Source of the DNA: Convolutriloba macropyga | Taxonomy: Eukaryota | Assembly: GCF_964194025.1 (NCBI RefSeq) | Contig: NC_134472.1 | Location: 2,108,001-2,172,000 of the forward strand | DNA: 64,000 nucleotides | Direction of reading: 5' to 3' | Shown: positions 37,136 to 48,496 of the stretch, in pieces | Layout: every line of letters begins with the position of its first letter | How positions within the stretch are numbered: the first letter of the stretch is position 1 | Notes under the pieces: model-generated | Told to the model about the DNA's origin: nothing | The model's database searches: none | The model's input: the letters and a program-made list of their open reading frames with translations, nothing else | Made by a program: the position numbers and the translations under genes

Positions 37136-38367
37136 ACGTGCAAATTTGGACGGTTGATGTTAATGTGATATAAGACAATTGAGCCATTAAAGATGAGTTT
37201 TCTCTGAAAAAGCTTGCTTCTGAAAAAAACTTGCTTTACACTCATTTTCAGTTTAGAAGTCTGGAATGGGCGTTAGAAGGGATTTTTGTAGACCAATCAA
37301 AAAGTTTACAATCTGAAGAGACTAAAAAAATGAATTTGAAAAGAGGAAACTATATTACCAGAGTGTATAAGCTCATTGAAATTTTGTCGGAATGCTCATT
37401 TTTGTGTTCTATCCAACGATCCGGCCTCAAGTTATCGGCACCAAAACAGTGCAATTTTAAGGTTTTGGATTTCTTTTAAGGTAAAAAATGACGGTTTGAA
37501 CAAGAAAGACGCCTAAAAGCAGTTTCAAAAGGAATACGCGTTTATTTGTATCCAAAAAAAGCGCCACGGAGAAGATATTCATTGCTTTTTTTGTTTCCTG
37601 CAAAGAGAAATAGAGTATTGTCAATCAAGGTTTGCTAGCTTTTGATATTCAAAAGGTTGTTTTGCAGAAAATTGTTGTCCGATTGGCTATTTTTTACAAA
37701 TTAACTTGAAATTGTTCTTTCAATGGTAGTCCAATCAAATTTCACTTCCGCTTCAAATTTTTTTTACGCCTTAGGGTTGAAACGTCTCGTATGATTGTAA
37801 ACTTAGTATTAAAGAGGCAACCGAATTTTGAAACAGCGTACAAAAGCGGCAGAGAGGATTTAGCGGAGTAACATGATAGCAATTACATCAAATGGATCAT
37901 CTGGGCGACAAAAATTCCTCACTGTGAAGCCTATCTGATATTCAGAGAACGACAATCAGATTATCCTGCATTTTCAGAGACTTTTTCAGTGAATCCAGTA
38001 CTATAATTATGCAAAAACAATAACACGGTTAATTTCGTCATCTTTTTCGAATATATCTTCCTGGAAAAATGTGGTCTTTATCAGTCTCGAAATGAACTGC
38101 TGGGGTCGACAGTATAAAAAAGAATTTTTTGATTCATAAAGAGATTCTACGTGGGTTGAGGTAGGCGAACTGTAAACACTATGATCAGGCAACAAATCTT
38201 CGTACATTTATTTGACAAAAATTTTGACAAAAATTTTTTTAAAAAAGTAAGGAAAATTTGTGAGCAACTGCGATCGTAAAGTACATATGAAATTTAATTG
38301 TGCAACCAAGACACGCTATCAAATTTAATGAGCTATTGCAGTTGAAAATGATCAAACCATTGATAAC

Positions 38368-41366
38368 TTAATTGTTCCGAACCACTTTAATGGGGGAGGA
38401 ACTACATACTCAAATGGGTTTTTTTGTTCAATTTTTGTTCAACAATTTTGGCCGATCGATATAATCATCGTAGAGAGTTGTAAGTGGTATCATTAGAAAG
38501 CCCGTTCAGCGTAGAAAATGAAATTAACAAGATGTTTTCGATTTTCGTCTTTCATAGGGAGTTATCGAGGTTCGAAGTTTTGTGAATATTAGAAGTAATT
38601 CAGCTGTTTTATTCATTTTTTCGCTAATTTTGAGCAATTTTTCGTCAATTTTGCTAAAAACATGGAACAATTGTTAACTGTAGTGTTATTTAATTTATCT
38701 CATAAGATAAGTGAGGGTTGCTGAATTGTTCGATTCGAGTTTTTGCCTAGCATTAATGCTACATTTTTCAAAATACTAACTTTTTTCGTCAAAAATGGGA
38801 CCAAATCTGCATTTTTTAGCCCACTTGCTTTAAGTTAGTTGGAAGTAGCTACCTTAAAACTGCAGCCATACTCTTCTCAAGGTCCAAAAAGAGCCAATTG
38901 TACTTCGGCTAGTTTTAAGGGTCTTCTGGAATTACAACTTTGCCAATTTTTTGCAAATATAAACTCGCTAATTATAAAAAATGCAATTTTTACAATTGAC
39001 AAACTGAAATATTTTTTATAAAAAATGATCTATTTCACACCCGTTTGAACAACTGAGTGTTAGACGCGCAGCAATATTGGGGCTGATCTTGATCTCACCA
39101 TGGATCCTTACGAAAACTATTCTTTAGATTTTAATGGCGACCGACATTTTTTTAAACACTTCCACTATGTAAATGTTCTTTATGTAAATTACTGACGAGA
39201 ATCTAAAATCAGGGCTCAATTAAGGAGAGATATTAATTACAATAAAAGGGGCCCAACGAGATTACAATATGGTTTCAGAGTTAAGCTCATGATTTTTTAG
39301 CTCTGACCAATTGTTTTTGTGAAAATTTTATGGTCTTCTTGAGTTTTGCTTTCATTTGTTATACTTTTTTTTAGCGCAATGACTCAGTTTAAAAATCCAG
39401 TTAGCGTTGTAGGAGGTTTAAATGAGCCTAGACAACTCTTTCAGTTAGTATCTAATGTCTGCTATCTTTTTGAATATATTTGTTTTTAATGAAAATATCG
39501 GTGAAATTTTGAACTTTACCACTATTTTATTTTATTTCTCTGAACTATGGGCGCAGTCTAAAGTCCAAAGAGGAAGAAACCGACTTCTCGAGAGTTATAG
39601 ATCAATGTCGGTAATGGTTTTATATTCTAATGGTGGCTTTGTTTCGATACTACGCGTTTTCAATTTTTTTTTAATTTTTTTGCATAATTGCATTTTTTTG
39701 AATTCATTTTGTTTCCTTGTCGAATTATCGCATTACTGACAAATTCAATTGAAATAATGCACAATAGGGCAAATGTACAGCGTTGGCAAAATGCGTATCT
39801 GGATATGTTCATTGTTTTGTTGAAAAGTTTTGTGCGTTTTGACTGAGACACAGTTATCTCTCAGACTTTTTAGATTTTGTAGATTTTTTTGTTTTTGCCT
39901 ATGATTGTCTTTCTTTAGTTGTACGCCATATAAATGATAACCAGAGGTCTTAATTGCTTCTCCAGGACGTATAACACAATTTAGTTGAATATTTCAGTTT
40001 AAATCTGTTTGTTTCAATGACTTTCAATTTAAGTTATTAAAAAAGATTGCATTCTTTTTGTCACCCCTAAAAAGCTAGCTCCTTTTGGTTTCCGTATTTG
40101 TCACCAAGTAGATCAATCTCGCTGAATAGAAGTCTCAATTAATTTTGTTGATTGACATTGCTTTTTTGGCGCTTGGTTATATGTTGTGACTCATTGCTTT
40201 GACCATTTAGTTTCATAAAGTTTTCGAGATTTCTGTACCAATCAATTTTTGGGTTTCTTTTTGGTGTAATGTCTACGTAGTCTTTCTCTAAAGAAAAATT
40301 GTTGATGCTAAGATGAGGATAATGTGATGATTTTCAGATCCTGCAGGTAACATACTATAATTATATTGCCTTGAACAGTTTGATGTCGTAAAATTGTTTG
40401 AAGTTTTGGCTTCTTTTTGTTTTTGTTTTTATTTTTGTTCGTGACTTAAACTCATTATCAACAGGCCCAAGTGACTTCATGAAGGGTTGCAACTCAATCC
40501 ATCGCTTTTTTCATTGAAATCTTAAGTTTTTCATGACATTAGAAAGTATTTGCTTTCAAAAACGTATTTGGGTTTTTGAGCTTCATCTTTTTTTAAATAT
40601 TTTTTCTGTCGATTTGTGGCTCAGTCTTTGTAAGAACAGGTCACAAACCATTTCTATTGAGCTATAATTTTATCTTTTTTTGATTTTAGCTTCAAACGTT
40701 TGTTTCTTGCCTTTGTTACTACTGTTACTACTAGATTTCATAAAATTTTTGAGTTTTTTTTATTTATTTGTATATTTTGAAGTATTTTTGTTTTCTTTTT
40801 ATTTTATGACAATAATCGTAAGTCCCATTGGCTATGAAAGTTTGCGGAATTGAAAATTTGATAATGGAATGTCTCAATTGCTTCCTATGGAGAAATAAAT
40901 GAACATTTTATTGATTTCAGTTGATATCTGATGACATCATTAACTGAGAAATTAATTGTTTTCAAAAATAAAAACGTGTTTTTGAACTTCGCTCCTCTTT
41001 GCTTTTTTGTCGACCTGTTAACGAGTCATATTGAGGACAGTTCCCGCATCTTTTTAATGAAGTATAGGTTAAATTGTTTAGGTTTTATCTGATGCGAGTT
41101 TGGATTTGTTATAATTTTTTTCGTTATCGAGTTTTTGTCGTAAATAATGGTTGTTGTTTGATTTTTATTTTTGTTCTTTCTAGTAGTCCTATTATCAACA
41201 ACTTTCATCGGCCCTCCAGCGCAGCATTAATGTATTCCATTGTTTGTTAATTGAACGATATCAAAATTTTCTATCTCTTCATCATTTGGTAGCCAATTAA
41301 GTCAAGAATGTGGATGAGCGGGGTCGGAACATTAAGTGCGTACGCACATTAACGAGCCTTCTTGTT
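38368..41366 (+). mobile_element. Helentron/DINE-like element, duplicate carried in segmental copy 2
   Basis: Same subTIRs and hairpin as 32889-35892; ends CTTGTT. Confidence 0.7.
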
Positions 41367-42509
41367 AGTCATTAACTCAGACCAAGTTTGAGTTTTCTGA
41401 TCACAATCGAATTTTAGTGATCTTGGAAGTGATATTCAAAAGCTATTCAAAAGTCAAAGACATCTGAGTCTTATTAGCGATCTTGTGTGTTATCATACCA
41501 CCCTAAATCTCATTCCGGAACTTTTAAGGAAAGGAAGCTTAAAACCGCCAAAAAATGCATTAACAATTTTCCTCCGTGCTATGAAATATTTCAGAAATAA
41601 AATAATCCTAACAAATTATTACCTTCTCATTTGAGATTTTAATAAATGAAAGAACATGTTTGACTAAAAGTTACAAAACTGACATCCTAGACACAGTTTG
41701 CCTATAAAAAGACGTTAGGCTGACATTGGCGTAAGACTCCGTGTTTGATAGAATTACAAGAATAACATCTTTTCTATTGTTTCCCAGAATATAAACATTA
41801 ATAGGCATTAAACATTTTGATTGAAATTTCAGAAGACTAATAAATGCCAAAAAATATATATATTGCGCAAAATAACACCACAGAAAGCTCGTAGCGAAAA
41901 CAAAACACAAAGAAAAATGTGAAAAAATCATTAGCTTCATTCCACTAAGCCTTTTTCATAAGAGAAGTCTATGTACATCTGCATTACCTTACTAATTAAC
42001 AACTGTTTGCCGGCAATCAAACCAAAATGTTTGCCAGCAATCAAACCAATTTGTTGCTGCCTCCTGGGTGATGCTTGAGCAACCCCGCAAAGAAAGAAAA
42101 ATGCCATATTTTCTATAACGCCAAAATGCCGTTGTCTATAACGGCCGCTGTCTATAACGTATATACGTCTTTCGCGTAGTTTGCAACATGAAACTAAGCA
42201 AAAATGCCCCCAAGTGCTCTAGAACTATGCAATTGTTAGATAGGTTTTTGTAAGCTATCATTTTTTGAGAAAATTGAGTAATTTATAGCGCATTGTGAAG
42301 TCTGGCGTACATCTATAATTCTTTTAGTTGACCTGAGAAAAATTTTCACAAAATTTTAGTTGAAAATTTCTACCTAATGGCACCGAAAATTTTCTTCGCC
42401 TAGCCATACATTCCCATAATATCCCATCTCCCTTTTGACAAATATTTCAAAAAAAAAGTTAAAGTCTTGATCATTGAACTTGACAATTTAGCGAGTACCA
42501 GATACTCAC

Positions 42510-42644
42510 CTGCACAGCTTCGATACCCATCTTCTGCAGAGCCAATTCAATGAACTTAGAAGTATGACATCCCTTATAGAAGAGGTCATCCAAACTTACA
42601 CCATCCCAGTTAGCCAGTTGAGGATAATTTTCCAAGGTGTCCAT
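42510..42644 (-). CDS. Class-A GPCR, coding exon 1 (N-terminus, 45 aa)
   Basis: ATG at 42644 opens MDTLENYPQLANWDGVSLDDLFYKGCHTSKFIELALQKMGIEAVQ. It ends at a perfect donor CAG/gtgagt in phase 0, matching the phase-0 acceptor of exon 2. Too short for the supplied ORF track. Confidence 0.75.
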
Positions 42645-44441
42645 CGATCGCTGTTCTCAATGTAATGCATCGTTTACTGAGCTCATTTTACCTCAATTTT
42701 ACCAACAATTCTGCGGGAAATTTTAGCACATGTTTTTTACAATAACGTATCATTTCTCTTTTTTTCAGAGCATTAATAAAGAGGATTCCAAATTCTGAAA
42801 CAATTTTTTCAATTAATGTTTTTCTACGTTGGAGTTGTGCTTACTAAATATGCAGATTAATCAGTAGATTTGAGAAGCATGGCAAGCAATTTTTATTGCT
42901 GCATTTAACCAGGACCAAATCAAGTTTTTAAAGATTATTAGCTAATATTATACATGGAAGCCATATACTTGAAATCGAAGTTAAACTATAAATCAATCTC
43001 GAACTTCCCTACCATTACCAAATCAATATTGACCAGTAATCACAAACTAAAAAAATATATAAACTTGAATCGGATTGGATTCTCTAAGAATTCTTTCCTA
43101 CACCATATCGGATCAAGTGACGCAAAAAATTAGATATCACCGCTGAGCAGCTACCAATTTGCAAATGTAAAGATTTTGGGGCCTGCAATTGTTACGTGCA
43201 AATTTGTGAACAAGTTGGCCAACATTTGATCTTGATAGTCATGAATTCTGATTTTTAAGTCAGTCTGGTTTATACTTACCGAAAAACGTGAATTGTTTTT
43301 CCGATTTCCAAGCCAAGGAAAGACTCCAATTGGAAGAATATTTGCAGATTTATTGCGAATCTCAATCACCGACCTACGTTTTCACTTGACGAAAATTTTA
43401 TAGGACAAAAAACTGCAGCATATAATTATATCAATTTCTTAAGATGCTGCACTGATATTAATTAAATTTGAGGGGAAAATGATTCTGAGCATTTTGTTTG
43501 AAGCTCTGCCAACACATGTTGCATCAGATCTTTAAATCACGCAGTGAAAATTTTTGATAAAATAGCTGAAAAAATCTAAAAATACAATCATTTTATTTTT
43601 TTCAGAAGACGCGTTTCGGAACCAATTTGTATGGTTGCAAACGGACACGCCAATGACACTTTTTTGATATGTTTGAAAATTTTAAATATATTTGCCCATT
43701 ATCGTAAATTCGATGTAAACTTTACCCATTTTATTAAGAAGTTTGTTTTTAGACGGCAGTTAGTTTTTTTTATTTTTTTCCTCTTTAGTTTTTCCATATT
43801 TTGATTTCCTGACAACGGATATTCAATCTCTGTGAGACATTTTATTTTGAAAAGTGGCACTTAAAAAGCAAAAAAGGTTTGCAAGAAAATGGGTTGATGT
43901 CTCCTATTTTTGTTTAGCCCAGCCAAAATGTTGAAATTTGTGGTATGCTCTGAATTTATTGTTGGATTAATTTTGGAACAAAATTTGAGAATTTTTGTTT
44001 GCCAAATTTTTTTGCACAGACATTGTGTAATTTTTGCAGACATACGTGATAGACATACGGTGAAGACAAAAAAACTTGGCTGACTAAAAAAATTTAGAAT
44101 GATTCCTCGCAGCGCCATGATTGTTTTTATACATTGTTCTGAGAGGTTTCCCATTTTTACATCTCAATATTTCAATATTCACAAAAAAAACGAGCAAAAT
44201 ACTTTAAAGTCTTTTTTTGGTTAATTAGAGATCAAAAATGCTTTCATAGTCGTTTATCCCTAATCGACGCAGAGAACTCAAGAGAATAAGCGTTGCACAA
44301 TTACTTAACTAAAAAGCAATTGATGATATCCTGTTAAACTACTTTTTGTGCAGTTGCCCAATTTTTTGTATGCAAAAAAATACGGCAGGAAGTAGTAATC
44401 AGGAAAGGCAATTATCTGAAAAGGTAGTCATGTTGGTTTAG

Positions 44442-44716
44442 CATGACGTCGCCAATTCTACAAATTCAGCAGAGTCCGCGTTTGCGAACACGAGTGACAT
44501 CATTTTGTCACCACTTCTCGCATGGAAGAAATACGGCCAACCTTCGATGCAAATAGATAGGAAATAACCGATCGCGGATATCAGTGACGATATTCCCAAT
44601 TTTGTTTAAATTTGCAGTGGTTTACCTCACTATCAGTGTTTCCTCGAAAGCCCGTAACGCCCAATCTTTAAACAAGCAAATTTACCTGCTCAAAATTAAG
44701 GATTGGGGACGTAATC
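44442..44716. mobile_element. 275-bp MITE, internal-deletion relative of the 29698-31419 element
   Basis: Degenerate TIRs CATGACGTCGCCAATTCTA / AAGGATTGGGGACGTAATC, flanked by AG on both sides (2-bp TSD). Confidence 0.78.
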
Positions 44717-45282
44717 AGTTAATTTCGATTTCTAAAGAACGTTGATCGTCAGTATTTCGCAGTCTTGAAGAAAACAAACAGACATTGTCATTAAGCAAAT
44801 TTGTGACAAACTCTGATAATCAACAGGATCGTCTGATGTTGTTCCTCATTCTTAAAACTAAATCTAAAATCTAAAGTCCAGATTAATATTATTCCTTGAT
44901 CAGTTACTAGGTTTTGAAAAAAATAGAACTACATGCCTGTCTTTACACAAATTTATTGTTTAACTTATAGGAATTGATTTATTCGATTGTAAACGCTGTA
45001 CTTTTATATATTTGTAGATTTCATCTACAAACTAAATAAGCAAAAAAACTAAATAAGCAAAAGAAAAAGATTAACAAATTTTTTTAAAAGATTTTATTTA
45101 ATCAAAAGGTGATAATGGCTTTATCGCAAATAAATCAATCCTTTTAATCAAACTCTTTGTAAATCTTTATTAATCGAACTCTTCGTAACACAATTAATCG
45201 AAAAGCAGCATTTATAAAGCAAAGTTGCAAGCTTTATCAATTTATGTGGCCACGGGCTCTTCTTTATTAGTTATGATCAAGT

Positions 45283-45422
45283 TATGCCTCAGAAAAATCA
45301 AATACAAAGAAAATCGGGTGAGCATGGAAAATTAGTAAATGCAGCTTGAAAATTTTCAAGCTGCATGTACTAATTTTCTATGCTCACCCAATTTTCTTCG
45401 TATTTGATTTTTCTGAAGCGTA
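45283..45422. repeat. Near-perfect loopless palindrome (~140 bp)
   Basis: tcagaaaaatcaaatac...tgcagcttgaaaa / ttttcaagctgca...gtatttgatttttctga. Confidence 0.93.
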
Positions 45423-45875
45423 CGTTAAAGATCAATGAGCTGAACTCCTTCCCTGTTTTACAATTGGAACGGACAAACGCTCTCCGTAAATATTCACATA
45501 GCAAAAAATGAGTTGCAACGCAGCCACTCTAAGATTTTTGTACCACTTCTCTGATGAAAAGTTAATGATAATAGTCTAGTCGTCATCCAGTAATTTTGTT
45601 TTACTAATAATTTGGTGGTGAATTGTTCTAAAATTTTCAATTACTATGTGTATTCCCTCTTGAGCTGATTTAAAAAAATATGTTTAGTTGGTTAGGTAAA
45701 TTTAGCATGTTAGCATGAACGGTGCTAGTCCACTTGAGGGCAATATTAAAGTCCTAAAGTGCTAACTTCATCTTCTTGCCAGTTTTATTCAACCATTTTG
45801 GCTCAGATGTGGATCTGTTGCCCACGATGCAATAAACAGCGGCAATGATCAAGTTGGAGTCAGAATTTTGTCATG

Positions 45876-46413
45876 CACGGCAAAATTCACCTGCCCCTCA
45901 TTTTCACGAAGAAAAAATTTAATTTTTGTCCCAATGTTACTCAAACTTTATTCAGATTTTGATTACAGTATGGTTTTTACACCATTGATCTCCCACACTA
46001 GTCCTCTCATCTACCTAAAAAAAATCAGAGGAAACGGAACGTCCAGTTACCAGAAATCCCAATGTAAAGTTGAACTCGATCCGACAGTACAGTAAAAAAA
46101 GTTGTCACAAGATCTAATTTTCTTTCATATTTGTTGTTCAACCATGGCCAAGTTTGCACTTCTGTTAAATATTAGAGAGAGAGAGAAATGATGTGAATAG
46201 CTATTGATCTTGTGACAACATTTTTTTACTGTCACACTAGGGTAGTGAACGTTGCGTCTTCTCTGAATTTTATAGGTACATGAGAGGACTAGTGTGGGAG
46301 ATCAATGGTTTGAAAATTGTGCTCAAAATGTGATTTAAACTTGGTGTAATATTGCCTTAAAAATTGAATTTTTACTTCGTGAAACTAAGGGATGCTAACT
46401 TACATTTGCCGTT
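45876..46413. mobile_element. ~540-bp foldback/MITE with long TIRs (CACGGCAAA...TTTGCCGT)
   Basis: ccattgatctcccacactagtcctctcat is exactly inverted at ~46280-46308. acagtaaaaaaagttgtcacaagatc is inverted at ~46206-46233. Confidence 0.85.
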
Positions 46414-46533
46414 CAGTATAGTTAAGAACAACTTCAGTCAACTAAACCCGTTCCTTTTTTATTTGTTTGACTATTATAGCACACCTTAAATTGGGTAGAT
46501 TTGATTAATGTGTGAATATGCCTGTGGTGTGAT

Positions 46534-46628
46534 CGACAATCAGCGCTGAAACAGGTTAAAAACAGTGTTTTTTAGGCTGACAATCAGAGCTGAAACAGGT
46601 TGAGAACAGAATGGTTTTAAGCTGACAA
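46534..46628. repeat. ~44-bp tandem repeat (2+ units)
   Basis: gacaatcag.gctgaaacaggtt.a.aacag...tttta.gct occurs twice. Confidence 0.85.
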
Positions 46629-46789
46629 GAGGTATACAATAATGTTAATTAAGCTGATAATTGTAACGGACAGATCAAAATCAGGTAAAAAACACAATAA
46701 CAATTTTACTCTGAAAAATAGACTGATCAGTCTATATTTTGACATGAACAGAATCTGCGCAAGGGTAAAAATGTCTATATACAGTCTAT

Positions 46790-48450
46790 GGATTTACACT
46801 GGTTCAGTACTGCAATGCTCTGGATGGTCAGCCCGGGTGTAAACATTATAAATAAAGTTTCCCAGGAATGGAGACCTGAGGAACGCCGATTCAGACATCT
46901 GACTCTTCTGGTGAGTTTTTTTTAAAAGTTTGCATCGATATATTTCTTCCCGAGAGACGGCTTCGTTGTAGCTTAAAACCTTTCAACCCAGTGCAGGCAC
47001 CTGGTAGTTTCTCCAAAAGAAGTTTATGCGACACTTTGTCAAAATTTTTCTGAAAGTCTTTTTTTGTCGAATGGACTGAGGTACGGAGAATTCGGCGAGT
47101 ACACATAGCAGAAGACTCGACTTCACATTGTTGTCCAATGGGTTTAGTTGTCCTTGACCGTTTATGCTTAAAAGAGTGTTGCGCTGGTGCTAATGCTTGA
47201 TTGTACAGATTGTTTATAACTTATCGAACTTTAGTTTCTCTGGCGATCTTGAAACTGCTGATAGTAAGATGATCGGTCTGTAGTTAAACACGTCTTGTCT
47301 GTCCCCGTGCTTGAAAAATGTTAGAGTTTTGCGAACCTTCCACTTTTGGGAAAGCGTGCTTTTGCAGAAATCATTTTAAAGAGCTGAAACAAAGACTATG
47401 CAATGACTTCCAGAGTTTTTTTCAGGAGATTTCCTGGCCTGGTCTTTCATTGACTGCGAGTGAAAGAAGGTCCTTTTTGATTTCGTCGACTGTAATATGG
47501 ATAATGTTTGTTTTAGCAAATTCCAGGGTTTGATGTTAGCACAAAAATTGGTTTTTTGAATACAGATTAAAAAGACTCTGGTTTTTTGAATACAGATTAA
47601 AAAAGACTCTGGTTTTTTGAATATAGATTAAGAAGTTTATGAAATCAGCTTTTGCATTGTTTTCGTTGACTTTCCTTTGGGCCAGAAAGATATCAGTCGG
47701 AATTTGTTTTAATTTGGTGATAGAGTCTAAATATTGCTGAACATAAGCGATAATTTCATTCCAGACAACTGCTGGTGATGTTGACCATTTTGCAGAGACA
47801 TAGCTAGTACAGTCTATTGATTTTCCACTTTGAGGTTATAAGCTGGTGTATGTTTCCAGTGGTTTTCAACTAAAACTTAGTTATCCCCTTGATGAGATCT
47901 CGGGATCAGCTAACGGAGATTTATGTTTCATAATGCTCTAGGAAACCAACTAGGGTTTCATATAACCACTCATACCACAAGAATAATCTCAAATCAGCTT
48001 TCCTCGCGCACTAGAGTAGAAACGAATGTTTGCATATAATATCGTTTATCTACTCCCAGTTAGTTTGTTTTGGTATGAGACTGAATATGATTTTTAATTA
48101 GGGTGAAGGTAATTTTGCTTGAACTGGCTCAGTATTGAAGCAGAGTTTAAGTTTGGAATAGCGTGTGGTCTCCGCTGACCAAATCTTTCGCATGATTTTT
48201 ATGGCCAATGCTACAGAAACACTGCGTTTTGTTGCATTGAGATACATATTATGCTTTTCCTTGTTGAGTTTTGATGAATTGATGAGTATTTGAATGGCAA
48301 AGGTGGTTAAAAACAGACTGCTATTCAGGTGACACGGAAGTCATTGAATGTCAGTGGGAGAAGGCCCATTTTGTATCTCTAACAATGTATGGGCAGCGTC
48401 ATACTTATAGGGTTTGCCTGTGAAAAGGTGACGAATCGAGTATAATTTTA
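46790..48450 (-). mobile_element. Decayed non-LTR retrotransposon (CR1/L2/Jockey-group LINE) ORF2 fragment
   Basis: Minus-strand motifs: DVFNYRPII (~47270-47295), QHSFKHKRS, DFQKNFDKVSHKLLLEKL (47007-47061) and IGVPQVSIPG (~46865-46892). A possible APE-endonuclease end (GDH) lies near 48170. Boundaries are approximate. Confidence 0.85.
47550..47632. repeat. 29-30 bp tandem repeat x3 inside the LINE
   Basis: ggttttttgaata(c/t)agattaaaa(a)gactct repeated. Confidence 0.9.
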
Positions 48451-48496
48451 GAATGAGCTTTGGTAGTGGATTTCACTATGTGCAGAACTCAACTAA

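Larger units (their letters stand above)
37148..43216 (+). repeat. Tandem segmental duplication, copy 2 (contains GPCR exon 1)
   Basis: Matches copy 1 from 37148 to ~42050 and again from 42706 to 43216 (ends gtgaacaagtt, as does 37135). Confidence 0.96.

Noticed and set aside
36195-41940. Identical 89-aa ORFs (36195-36464, 41671-41940) and twin 66-aa ORFs (32529, 38007)
   Set aside because: The identity is explained by the recent segmental duplication; there is no domain or splice evidence.
42052-42707. TGTTG...CAACA ends suggesting a solo LTR that delivered GPCR exon 1
   Set aside because: Only a 3-bp flank repeat would remain, the TGTTG is the start of a third degenerate unit of a local 24-bp tandem repeat, and no LTR features are visible.
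45767-45814. Possible small minus-strand exon (STSEPKWLNKTGKKM) phase-compatible with the 30792 exon
   Set aside because: Both splice sites are weak, no homology is recognisable, and the partner exon lies inside a TIR element.
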